Origin: Chiloscyllium plagiosum
Lineage: Eukaryota
NCBI RefSeq assembly: GCF_004010195.1
Contig: NC_057719.1
Location: forward strand, 51,865,583 to 51,909,278
Reading direction: 5' to 3'
DNA: 43,696 nt
Numbering within the stretch: position 1 is the stretch's first letter; the number at the start of each line of letters is the position of its first letter. Below, piece after piece: positions 11,501 to 23,500 of the stretch. A program made the translations under genes and the position numbers. Under the pieces are notes generated by a model. That model was not told where the DNA came from and did no database searches. It saw nothing but the letters and a program-made list of their open reading frames with translations.

Positions 11501-14500
11501 AAGAGTGCACTCAACTGAGGCACAATTGACACTTCTTTTTTCTTGCAGCAAACACTTTTTAAATAAAATTTAAGATTGTGTCAAGGATTATGGTACTATA
11601 TAAACTTACCTTTGACTCATATTCTGAAAATTTACTTTTATTTCTATCTCATATTCTTTTGCTTTCTTCAATGCTTCATGGCGTGAATCACTTGTGTGTA
11701 GAAGTCCCTGATTCAATAATTGAGCATCCGATGCAGACTTCTTTGTCTGTAGAAAATATCATACTGTTAGGAAGGATAACAAAGGTGCATCACTAAAACA
11801 AAAAGACTGACAAAATTATGCATTGCCTTAAAGCAAGATTTTCTGTTTAAATATCCTGTAATGTAAAATATAGCAAATGTCAGGATACAATCTCATTAAA
11901 AGCCCAATTACAAGAATAACAGCTTCTTACTTCCTTGAGATTACAAATGGCTGCTTAGGATTCAAATAAATAGCAAAAATATGAGCTAGATTTCATTTTT
12001 TCCAAAAATGCTAAATTTGGTGTTATACCATAAATTGGTACAGTTCCATTTTATTCCATGAGGAATCTTTAATATTTTACAATTCATGTGTTCGTGGATT
12101 AATCAAATGAGTAACTGAGTCATATCAATAGGAAGATCTCAAGTCCAAATGCACTGAACGTGGATCACTGCAAACAGTTTCAGTGTCCAACATTAAATGG
12201 TCAGGTAGAGAACATGAGCAGATTCCAAACCATCACACTAACCACTACATCTGCTGAGTTTCATGTGTGCTCATTGTCAAAAAAATCATTTGAACTCCGA
12301 TCTAGCATATGAGTACCAGATAATTAGAAAAATATTTGAGAAGAGCTAGTAGCTATCAATTGTATTCCAACTTTTAGTGTCATAGAGTCATAGAGATGTA
12401 CAGCATGAAAACAGACACTTCGGTCCAACCCGTCCATGCCGACCAGATATCCCAACCCAATCTAGTCCCACCTGCCAGCACCCAGCCCATATCCCTCCAA
12501 ACCCTTCCTATTTATATACCCATCCAAATGCTTTTTGAATGTTACAATTGTACCAGCCTCCACCACTTCCTCTGGCAGCTCATTCCATACACGGACCACC
12601 CTCTGTGTGAAAAAGTTGCCCTTTAGGTTTCTTTTATATCTCTCCCCTCTTACTTAAACCTATGTCCTCTAGTTCTCCCCGACCCCAGGGAAAAGATTTT
12701 ATCTATTTATCCTATCCATGCCCCTCATAATTTTGTAAACCTCTATAAGGTCACCCCTTAGCCTCCGACGCTCCAGGAAAACAGCCCCAGCCTGTTCAGC
12801 CTCTCCCTATAGCTTAAATCCTCCAACCCTGACAACATCCTTGTAAAACTTTTCTGAACCCTTTCAAGTTTCACAACATCGTTCCGATAGGAAGGAGACC
12901 AGAATTGTATGCAATATTCCAACAGTGGCCTAACCAATGTCCTGTACAGTCGCAACTTGACCTCCCAACTTCTGTACTCAATACTTTGACCAATAAAGGA
13001 AAGCATACCAAACACCTTCTTCACTATCCTATCTACCTGCGACTCCACTTTCAAGGAGCTATGAACCTGCACTCGAAGGTGTCTTTGTTCAGCAACACTT
13101 CAGAGGACCTTACCATTAAGTGTATAAGTCCTGCTAAGATTTGCTTTCCCAAAATGCAGCACCTTGCATTTATCTGAATTAAACTCCATCTGCCACTTCT
13201 CAGCCCATGGGCCAATCTGGTCAAGATCCTGTTGTAATCTGAGGTAACCTTCTTCGCTGTCCATTACACTCTGTGCGACTGAGAGAAATAGGGTCTGTCA
13301 GGGTTGGGGAAATGATAGATATTAGGTATAAGGATTTGGCAGCGGAGGGGGGGGGGGGGGGGGGGTGGTTAGTGGTGGTGGCTGGGGGAGGTGGGATGGG
13401 ATGGGCAGATCTGGCAGTATGGGAATTTGGAGTTTGGTTCCAGGATGGGGAGGATATAAGGCAGTGGTAAAACAGTGGTAATGGGGGGCTGGATCCATGG
13501 GGGAGTGAGGTGTGAGAAGGCACATTGGCTCCACAGTGGGATAGAGGTACAGGTGGGGCAACGGTGTCAGGTCCAGGTGGGAGTGTCAGTATGTGTCTGG
13601 GGGATGTAGGTAGCAAGGAGGAGATATAGTTGGGGCTCTGTGATGCAAGTCTGGGGTCAGTTGAATAGTTGTGGAGGATTTAATATTATGTGTTTAATAG
13701 TATGAATTTTTCTGAATTTTTTGAATTTCATCCAAAATTTCCAAATTTAGCGAGTTTTAAGAAGATTTGTAGCTCAGGTTGAGATTCTGGATGTATTTTT
13801 GCTCACTGACCTGGAAGGTATACATACAGACAACAAACAAAACTAATGTCATCTACAAAATACTTTGCAAGAACTGTAACAAACATAACACTGGACAAAC
13901 AGGCACAAAACTAACCACCAGGATACATGAACATCAACTAGCCACAAAATGACATGACACACTCTCACTAGTATCCTCATGTACGGATGAGGAAGAACAC
14001 CACTTCGACTGGGACCAACACATCCATCCTAGGACAAGCCAAACAGAGTCATACATAAGAATTTCATGCTTGGACCCCATTTACCACCCCCTGAGAAAAA
14101 GAACAGGAAATGACATCAGCATAGGAAATAACATCACCACAGGAAATGACATCACTAAACCCAAGGAAACTCAAGTATATAAATAGTAAGCGGCCTGCAC
14201 CACCAGTACTTCATTTGGAGGCTCACTGAACTTGTTACCTAGTATGGTGACGAAACCTCTGAAAACGAACCTTCCAGCTCAGCGAGCAAACCTACACCAA
14301 TTTCCAAATTTTCTGATTTAAATGTACACTTGGGTGGATTCCAGAAGAATCTTCAATTTCCTGGGTAATTCCATCAGGGGTTTGTTATGGTGGGGGTTGC
14401 ACAGGGACCCATGCTCAATTCTTATCTGCGCTGAAGCAATGACTGATTGGCAGTGGAAAATCTTGGCCATTATTTTTTGAAGAGGGAGATGGATAATTCA

Positions 14501-17500
14501 AGATTGAGTGACATGAATGGTCTTTTGCATTAAGGAAATTTTGCCTGACACCAGTCCTCTTGGTTGTGCTGCAATATTAGGAATCTACACATTCCACGGC
14601 AGGAGGGTATGAGAGTGAGAGAGTGTGTGTTCTAAAACAAGGAAGTATCTAAGTCCACTTATTCAACCATCAAATTAAGGAGCAGCTGTTGCAGACAACA
14701 AATTCACATCATTGCTAAAAGGAAAAGGACTACAAGAAAATAACTTGCCACCAAGTAGTTTGGTCTTGTTATCTGATGTCAAACTTCTTGGGTATTGTTG
14801 AAGCTGCACTCATCCAAGCAAGTGTGGATTATTACATCACACACTTGACTTGAGCCTTGTAGATGGAATGGTCTTGGGAGCTGGGTCAGTGGTGGTGGGT
14901 TTAGAGGGGGGTTGTTTATTTCTTGCAGAATTCTCAGTCTCTGACATTTTCTTCAAAGCCAGAATTTTTATGACTCATCCAGTTAAATTTACAGTCAATG
15001 GAAATCCCAGAGTTCTGATGATGGAGATTCTGTGGTGGTAATGCTGTTGAATATCAAGAGGAGGGTTCCCTCTTGTTGAAGATGGTAATTGTGATGTGAA
15101 TGCCAAGGACTACTTACCAGCCCAAGTCTCAGTGTTGTCCAGATCCTGCTGTATATGCACAGAGTGCTTCAATATTTGAGGATTGCAAATGATACTGAGC
15201 ATGCCCACTTACTGACATTATGATTTAAGTGGGGTGAGGTGAGGATTAGGGAAACGAAGAGGGCAGACGAAGTAAGTCATTGATTAAGAAGCTGAAGATA
15301 GTGGATTTAGAACATTGTCTTGAGGGAATCATGCAGCGGTATCTAAGGGTTCAGATGATTGGTCTCCAACAACCATGACCATCCTCCTCTATGTGAGTAT
15401 GACTCCAACCAATTGATGAGTTTTGGCCTTGTTCACATTGACCTCAATTTTGCTAGATTACCTTAGTGTTCTCCTCAGTTCTAATACTGCCTGAATATGA
15501 AGGGCAATAATTATTGCCTCATACTTTTCTATATCTGAACACATGAACACATTGCACGGGGTATGAGATTTGTGCAAGGCATTGATCATTTGACTGAATA
15601 TATAGGTCTAAATTTGCATACAAATTTTGCATAATTCAAGCATTTAATTTGAATTTTTTTTCTTCTAAAATTTATTTGCATTCTTGGCTTTTTCATGATC
15701 TTTCAACTTTTAATACCAGTGTGTTCATTTACTTAAATTACTGAAGCTTTTTTTTCACATTTACAGAGCATTCAAGGTAAATTTCAGATGCAGTGTTGCC
15801 ATAATAACTCAAATTGGCAGCAATTGGAAGTTACAAAATCAGAAATTTCTGGAAAATCTCAGCAGATCTGTGAAGAGAAGGCAAGAATTAATGTTTCAGT
15901 TCCAGTGACCATCCTTCAGACTTTGAAGCAATTGGAAGTTTCTGGATCTAAAGGATGTATCAAATTTTTGTATCTGAGAATGAGAACTTGCATTTCTTTC
16001 TGGCATGCTGTATACAGAGGCCTTGAATCAATCTCAATGCTTCCATGCGAGATTTTTGGGAAATTTTCAGCCTCATACTTATGTTGAGGACCTCTCGGGA
16101 AGAAGCTTCTCTTGGAAGCATACTTCTATAAGAGGAGAAGGAAAATCAAGAAGAAAAATGTGGTAGGTAGTGCATGATAATAGGAACCTGACCAAATATC
16201 ACATCCCTCAAAACATATTTGACCAACATATATAAGATGTGTTTTGGATTGTTTAAGTTGTTTTAGATGCTGAAATAAATAGATACATCAGTTTCAGTTC
16301 ATGTTTTATTATTTTTGAACATTTCTGGTTCTTCCTTTTTTAATCACTCTTTCGTGTTTCAGTTTGAAAGTAGCCAAATACATTTTGTATTGGAATTCTA
16401 TTGAGAAAAGGGAACTGTATTCTATCTACACAAGCTACATTTACCACACATCTCAGAGTTCAAAGATTAGTAAATCAAGCAGAAATTAACAATAAACTGA
16501 TGTCTTAACCAAATGTAAGTAAAAAGAAAATGACAATGTCAGAAACGTACAACAGGTCTAGAAAAGAAAGCAAGTGAACATTTTGGTTAGAGTTGAATAG
16601 ATCTGACAAAGAGTACAGAGATTTTTCCTCCTGAGAAATAGCAGGGAAGGTGGCAGGAAGGACAGATATTTGGGTGGGTTGGTGCTGGATATTTACTCAT
16701 CCTCTTCATGTTACCTCAGAAACAAAGTTCTGGACAGGAAGGACCATGCTAGACTTTCCCACTGTGCTGCAAATTAAGGGCCTTACACGGTCAATTAACA
16801 ACCACTTAAGACCTTCAGCCTACCTGGGCTACATTTACTTCAATAGGGACCACATCTAAACCAAAATGGATAGATTAGATTCCCTACAGTGTGGAAACAG
16901 GCCCTTTGGCCCAACAAGTCCACACTGACCCTCCGAAGAGTAACCCACCCATACCCATTTCCATTTGACTAATGCACCTAACACTATGGGCAATTTAGTA
17001 TGGCCAATTCATCTGGCCTGTACATCTTTGGACAGCTTTGGATAGCTATCGGTTAGGTGGAGGAGAGGAGGTTCCCTTGATCAGTATTAATTTGTGCAAG
17101 GTTAAGGGACTCAACCTTGGACAAGTGGGGTGGTCTCAGGGTCAAAACCACCATTTCTGAACACCTCCCCCCCATTCTGTGATACCCCAATCCCAAGAAA
17201 AAAACCTATCTTTTGAGACTCTGTTCCCTGGGGCATTAGCTGGTGGTGTCCTTGCACAGCCATGCCCTCTGAGTGCTGGGGAAGCCAGACTCTAATTTAC
17301 CAGCAACTTCAAGTGGTCAGGATTTCCAGTAAAAAGACCAGCATCACTCATCACTTGGCTGCCTGATTCAGAAGCTTTCTGAATAATGTCAGTTGCACTT
17401 TTCTCTCCCCCAAACCTTCCTGTAAATTGGAAAATTTCAGCCTGGGTCTCCAGATAATATTTTAAATTGTTTATTGTTTCAACAATTCTGGTCTTCCTAT

Positions 17501-20500
17501 CGGAAACATGTTGTGAAACCTGAAAGGGTTCAGAAAAGATTTACAAGGATGTTGCCAGGGTTGGAGGATTTGAGCTATAGGGAAAGGCTGATTAGGCTAG
17601 GGCTGTTTTCCCTGGAGCATTGGAGGCTGAGGGGTGACATTATAGAGGTCGATAAAATCATGAGGGCATGGTTAGGATAAACAGACAAAGTTTATTTTCC
17701 TCTGGGGTGGGACACAGGTTTAGGGCGAGAGGGGAAAGATATAAAAGAGACCTAAGGGGCAACATTTTTCATGCAGAGGGTGGTACGTGTATGGAATGAG
17801 CTGCCAGAGGAAGTGTTGGAGGCTATTACAATTGCAACATTTAAAAGGCATCTGGATGGGTATATGAATAGGAAGGGTTTGGAGGGATGTGGGCCGGGTG
17901 CTGGCAGGTAGGACTAAATTGGGTTGGGAGATCTGGTCAGCATGGACAAGTTGGACTGAAGGGTCTGTTTCCGTGCTGTACATCTCTATGACTCTATGAC
18001 TAAATACTGATGAAACTATATATTGCCAAGCACTAACAGTTGTTTTTTCAGAATTTTGTTTTAATCTCAGAAGTATACAATAATATTGACACTATCAAAA
18101 TACACTGTAATCTCTCCAGTTCTAACTTCTACTGTTTGGAAACACCAGATGTCTGGAAATATTTCAAGCAGATCAAAGCATCAGTTTAGGATAATACTGA
18201 GGCTGAAGAGTGGAAGATACTAGACTTGGATAAGTCAAACAATGTTTATTATTACATATTGAAAAAACACAAATTTCAGATGAATATTTCTGGTGTTTTC
18301 CTGATCTCATATTTATGGTTATGCATTCTCATGTTATTGCTAAAACATAAAATCTGAAATTCAGAAATAAATTGATCCTAAACATTCTTAATTGGAGGAT
18401 TTCAGTTAATAATTCTAATTAATTAAAATATCCAACCTGTAAGATCCGTGTGTGCAGAATTTCAACTTCTTTTCTTATATTTTCAGTTAGGTTATTTAGT
18501 TCCCTGATAATATTCTGCCTATTGAAATTAAAATACATACGCCGGTTATCTCAAATTATTTAGGTACCAATAAAGTTATGAGCATTTACAAAATGAGGAC
18601 AAGTAAACTATTCCACATAATGATTTAATTATATAGAATTTAAATTGAACTTTAATGAAAATAGCCGTGTCTTAAGTAGCAAATCTTATAACCTGTTATA
18701 AGAATTAAGAAAGAATAACATTAGATGATGAATCATTGCTCTCTAATTTATTATTCTAATTTATTTGGCATTAAAGCTCTCTTCGCTAAATTGGATCGAA
18801 ACAAGACATGCAGATTCTGATTCAAACAAACCTTTCATAACAAAAAAAACTATTCTGAATTAGCAATGGAAGTTCTAGGAATCCCTCCTTTATAATTTCA
18901 GATGTGTCTTTGGAATAAAATTGCAACATTTGAATTTCTCCCCACACCTTGTAATTGAAGCAAATATTACCATGTTTCCTTCTTACCTCCTCCTCCTCCC
19001 ATCCACCAATTGCTGCCTTTCCACCCTCAGCTCTCAATTCTAATCTCCAGGAATGCACCCTCTCAATTCTGTTGTGGAGTCCCTCAGCAATTTGTTTTAG
19101 CTAACAATCCCTTTTGTGGGGCTATGCACATGTTGCAAGTTAAAGGGACAACTTATGTGAAAACCTTTGCAGTAATGTGGCTTGGAAAGAACATTATTCT
19201 TTACCCCTAATCTCTTCTCTCCACCCCCTTATCCTTAATTCTCCTCACTCTCATGTGCTCTCATCCCTCATCCTCCCTTCCTCATCCTTCTGTTTGTCCC
19301 TAATCCATTTCACTCTATCCCCAGCAACAAAAAAACTTTTAGCAATGACTAAATCTATGCAAGTATCAATATCATTTCATAAAGAACTTTCCAGTAATAC
19401 TTCACGTAATGGGTTAGTTTTATTACTTCTGAGCAATTAGCTGTTCAGCTAGTTCCACATCTTCATTGTACTTTGTTTGAATATTGTCTTCTTGCTTTTT
19501 CAAATTTTTAATATGCATTTTCAGCTGTTCATTCTTCTGCAAAGATTGGGAGAACATACATTTCACCTCAGTGAGTTAAATTAGAATTTACCATCCTATC
19601 AAGTACGACTGAAGTACAAATATGAAATTAACCAGATCCTAATGAATATGAAACAATTCTCAAAAAAGCTTAAACTACAGTCTTCAGTCCATCTTTTCAG
19701 TTTGCTGTTCTTCACTTCTGCATTTCGACCATATTGGATTCTCCCCAACATCTGCTCTATCACTGGGACCAGAGCCATTAATTACCTTGACCTTGCTCAA
19801 TATTCTTTCAACTTCCCTCATCATCTTCAAAACCTTTGATACAGCACACTGCTCCAAGTTCATGCTCAATAATATCTTTCTTCACTCTTACATATGAAGA
19901 TATTTTCTAACTAGAGTCATTTTATATACATACATTGTATTTTAATACTAATATTACATAAGTATTTATTCTTCCTGAAATAAAACACACATGCCTGAAA
20001 ACTGTTGTCACCTATTAAAGCAAAAAAATAATATTTGTAATAAATAGTAATGTGTCTGGCTCAATTTTAAAATTTTAGAATATAGACAGTCGTGGATGGT
20101 TAGGATTAATTAACAAGATGAATTTTCATTTCTGCAGATATGCTATGAATGAACATTCATGAAAGCACACTGATGTCCACAGCTCCCTGAGCTACCCTTC
20201 CTCACATCCAACTTCTTGTCAATTTTCCAAGTCTCTCCACCTTCACTTTTACTTTGAAACCTCTAGTTCAGTACTTAGGATATGCTTTTCCTCTCTGTTA
20301 AAAGAACATTCAGCTGAACCATGGCAAGACCATGTCTGTCTCAATTCCCCTAAGGTATCCCCTTACCTTCAGTTTGCACTCACCAACCTCTAGAACATCC
20401 CCGACCATTTCTGCCACCTCCAGCATGAAGCTAACACACATTCTCCTCCTTTCTGCTTTCAGCATTCCAAAGGGGTGGTTCTTTCTAAAACACCAAGATT

Positions 20501-23500
20501 CAGTCCTCAGTCACTGCTTACACATGATTTGCATCTTGGGCCAAAAGGTGACAAATTGATAATCCATCTCAGTTCCTTCCCCAGATGTCAGTCTTTAGCA
20601 AATTTGATTTATTCCACATAACATTAAGAAAGGACTTAATGAACTAAATACAGCAAAGGTGATGCATCCTGACAACAACGCAGTAGCATCAAAGGGTTGT
20701 GCTCCAGAACCTCTTGCTGACAATGTGTAAGGTTGTCCTGTTCAGTCAATTACTTCCCCATCAGATTGTGGCATCAAGGAGAGGTAGCAAAATGTAAGTT
20801 AATGGGTGTGAGAAACGAAGCTCACTGTTCAATAATTTCAGTCAGAGTCAAATTCTGAAGCAGTCTTTATTCATACGTTCTTGCAAGTCGGGTGACCATA
20901 AAGTAGGCACCTCGATCAGGAGGTTACATTACAATTATACAGTTCAGTTGAGTCTCTTGGTACCCCCTTTTACTTTATATCTGATAGTTGTATTGCTCTG
21001 TGCAGCTGCTAATCTAATCGGCTTACCACATCTGTCTGTAGCCTGTTGTTGGTGTGCAACCCTCCCACATCCCCCCCCCCGCCCCCCCCCCGCTCCCCGA
21101 TAGCTGTGTCTTATTACTTTTGCTGTGCGTGACAACTGCAGCTGTCATGTCAATACATATGTTTCTACCAGTCGACCACCTCCCTTTTCAGTTAGTTATT
21201 TCTTGGTATATACCCTCATGATTCCGCCTTGCGATTTTTGCAGAAGCAAGATACAGCTACTTGTAACTGTTTGTGTGCAAGCATATCTAGCTTAACATAC
21301 ACCCCCCCTCCCATGACTCAGCCTTATGATTTTTGCAGAAACAACAACCTTCGCAAGGGCCACTCACAATCCCTTTTGTTTTTAAAAATTGTTGTTTTCT
21401 GCATTTCTCTCATATGTCGCCCCAAATTTGCAAGCATCATCCCGAGACTTCATCCATCTTGGCCTCAAGGTCACCCATCCCCTCACTGTTCAAGAGGTAG
21501 AGTTCCTCTGCCTGATTACCTTTTAGGGGCATCTGTTTTGCCAAGGCTGTCTCAATCAGCTGTTGGGTTAGTCCCCGTACACAAGGTATGATACAACAGC
21601 CAATTGTTACCAGTACCCCTGCTACCACTATCAGGGAGGTGAGGATGGAGACTACCACTCCCTTCCATTTCCTAAACTATGATTCTAGCCATCCTGTGAT
21701 GTCCATGACTTAATTAGGACCCAATCTCCCAGCAGGATGGGATGAACGGTGAATTCAAGGGGCGGACTCTGTGCCAATAAACCCTGTTTCCTGAGGAAAG
21801 ACAAAGAGGAGGACAAGCCCAGTATATACTTCTTTAAGAACAAATCTCTAGTCTCTGGGATTGGCAGTTCCCCTTTTATTCCAAAGTAGGGCAGGCTAAA
21901 CAATATCTCTTATGGAGACAGCCCCAAATCTTTCCTTGGGGCCATCCGCACTCGCAAGAGGGCTATAGGTAAACACTTAGTCCAAGGGAGTCTGGTTTCT
22001 CTTATTAATTTAGATAACTGCCTCTTGAGTGTCTGGTTCATTCTCTCAACCTTTCCTGATGAGGGTGGGTGCCAAGGGGTGTGGAACTCCCAGGGGATCC
22101 CTAACCCCTTCATCGTTCCCTGGAGTACCCTGGAAGTAAAGTGAGTTCCCTGATCCGAATCTATACACTTCATTATCCCGTATCTGGGAACAATGTGTTC
22201 AAGTATTATCTTGGACACCCCACTTGCGGTGGCAGTGGCCAAAGGATGTGCCTCCACCCATCCAGATAAATGATCAACTATTACCAACATATATCGCAGT
22301 CTTCCCACTCGGGGTAATTTGGTATTATCTACCTGGATGCTCTCAAATGGTCTCAGCCCAGGTTCTCTCCCTTCTGGGACTTGTTTCCTTAGCACCTTCT
22401 TGTTTACCTTCCTGCATGTTATACATCCCTCACATATCTGTTTGGCTATCGTATATATCCCTTTGCATCCATATTTCCTTAAGACTAAATCACACATTGC
22501 TTGCACTCACCAATGACTCCCCTGATGTAGGACAGCTATACTCTCTCGCATCCTCATTTTATTCAATATCTCCCTCCCATCGGGTAACATCCAGCGTCCA
22601 TCCGCTGATTTTGGGGCCCCGAAGTCTTTTAGTTCCTACTCCTCCTTTGCTGTAAACAACAGGGTACCCTGAGGATCCGGAATTACAGGTATTAGGGAGT
22701 ATATTGCTGCTCCTTGTGGATTCAGTGCCGCTTCTTTAGCTACCTCATCGGCAGTCTATTTCCTCTTACTTCTGGATCATTCCCCTTTTGATGTCCATTT
22801 ATATAAACTATCGCTATTTCCCTCGGAAGTAACAGGGATTCTAGTACTCGTTCTATCAATTCCTCATGTGCTAGTTCCTGACCTTGACTATTTATTAGTC
22901 CTCTTTCTTCCAAATTTTTCCGAAGGTGTGCACCACTCCAAATGCATATCTGGAGTCTGTGTACACCGTTCCTTCCTTGTCTTCTAAGGCTCTGAGAGCT
23001 CTTTCTAGGGCATAGAGTTCACAGGTTTGGGCTGACCAGCCATTAGGCAGTCTCCCGGCCTCGATAACGCTTCCCTTCATCCCATCTATTACAGCATATC
23101 CAATATGTTTCTTGCCCTCAATCATCAAGGAGGACCCATCGATAAACAACCGAGCTCCCGCATAGAGTGGGATGTCCCTCAGGTCCATCCGAACTTTCAT
23201 CTGATATTCAATAATACCAAGGCAGTCATGTTCTGGATTACCAGGGGCCTCCCCCTCTCCCCTCCACAAGATTGTGGCTGGATTTAAGCAACTATCTGTG
23301 ACTAACACGAGGTCATCCTTCTCTCTTAAAATTGCCTCATATTTCAGGATCCTAGAGTCTGTGAGCCATTGTTCTGCTTTCTGATTTAATATGGTCCGTA
23401 CCTGGTATGGAGTGCTGACTATTAGGGCTCCCCCAAAGGTAAGTTTCCGACTTTCTTCTACCAATAAGGCTGTTGCTGCCACTGCCTGCACACACTCTGG

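Noticed and set aside
13221..13616. Proline-rich 131-aa ORF
   Set aside because: By-product of a G-rich low-complexity tract.
16617..17442. Possible Harbinger-like non-autonomous element with ATTTTTCC/GGAAAATT ends
   Set aside because: The terminal repeats are too degenerate to support from sequence alone.
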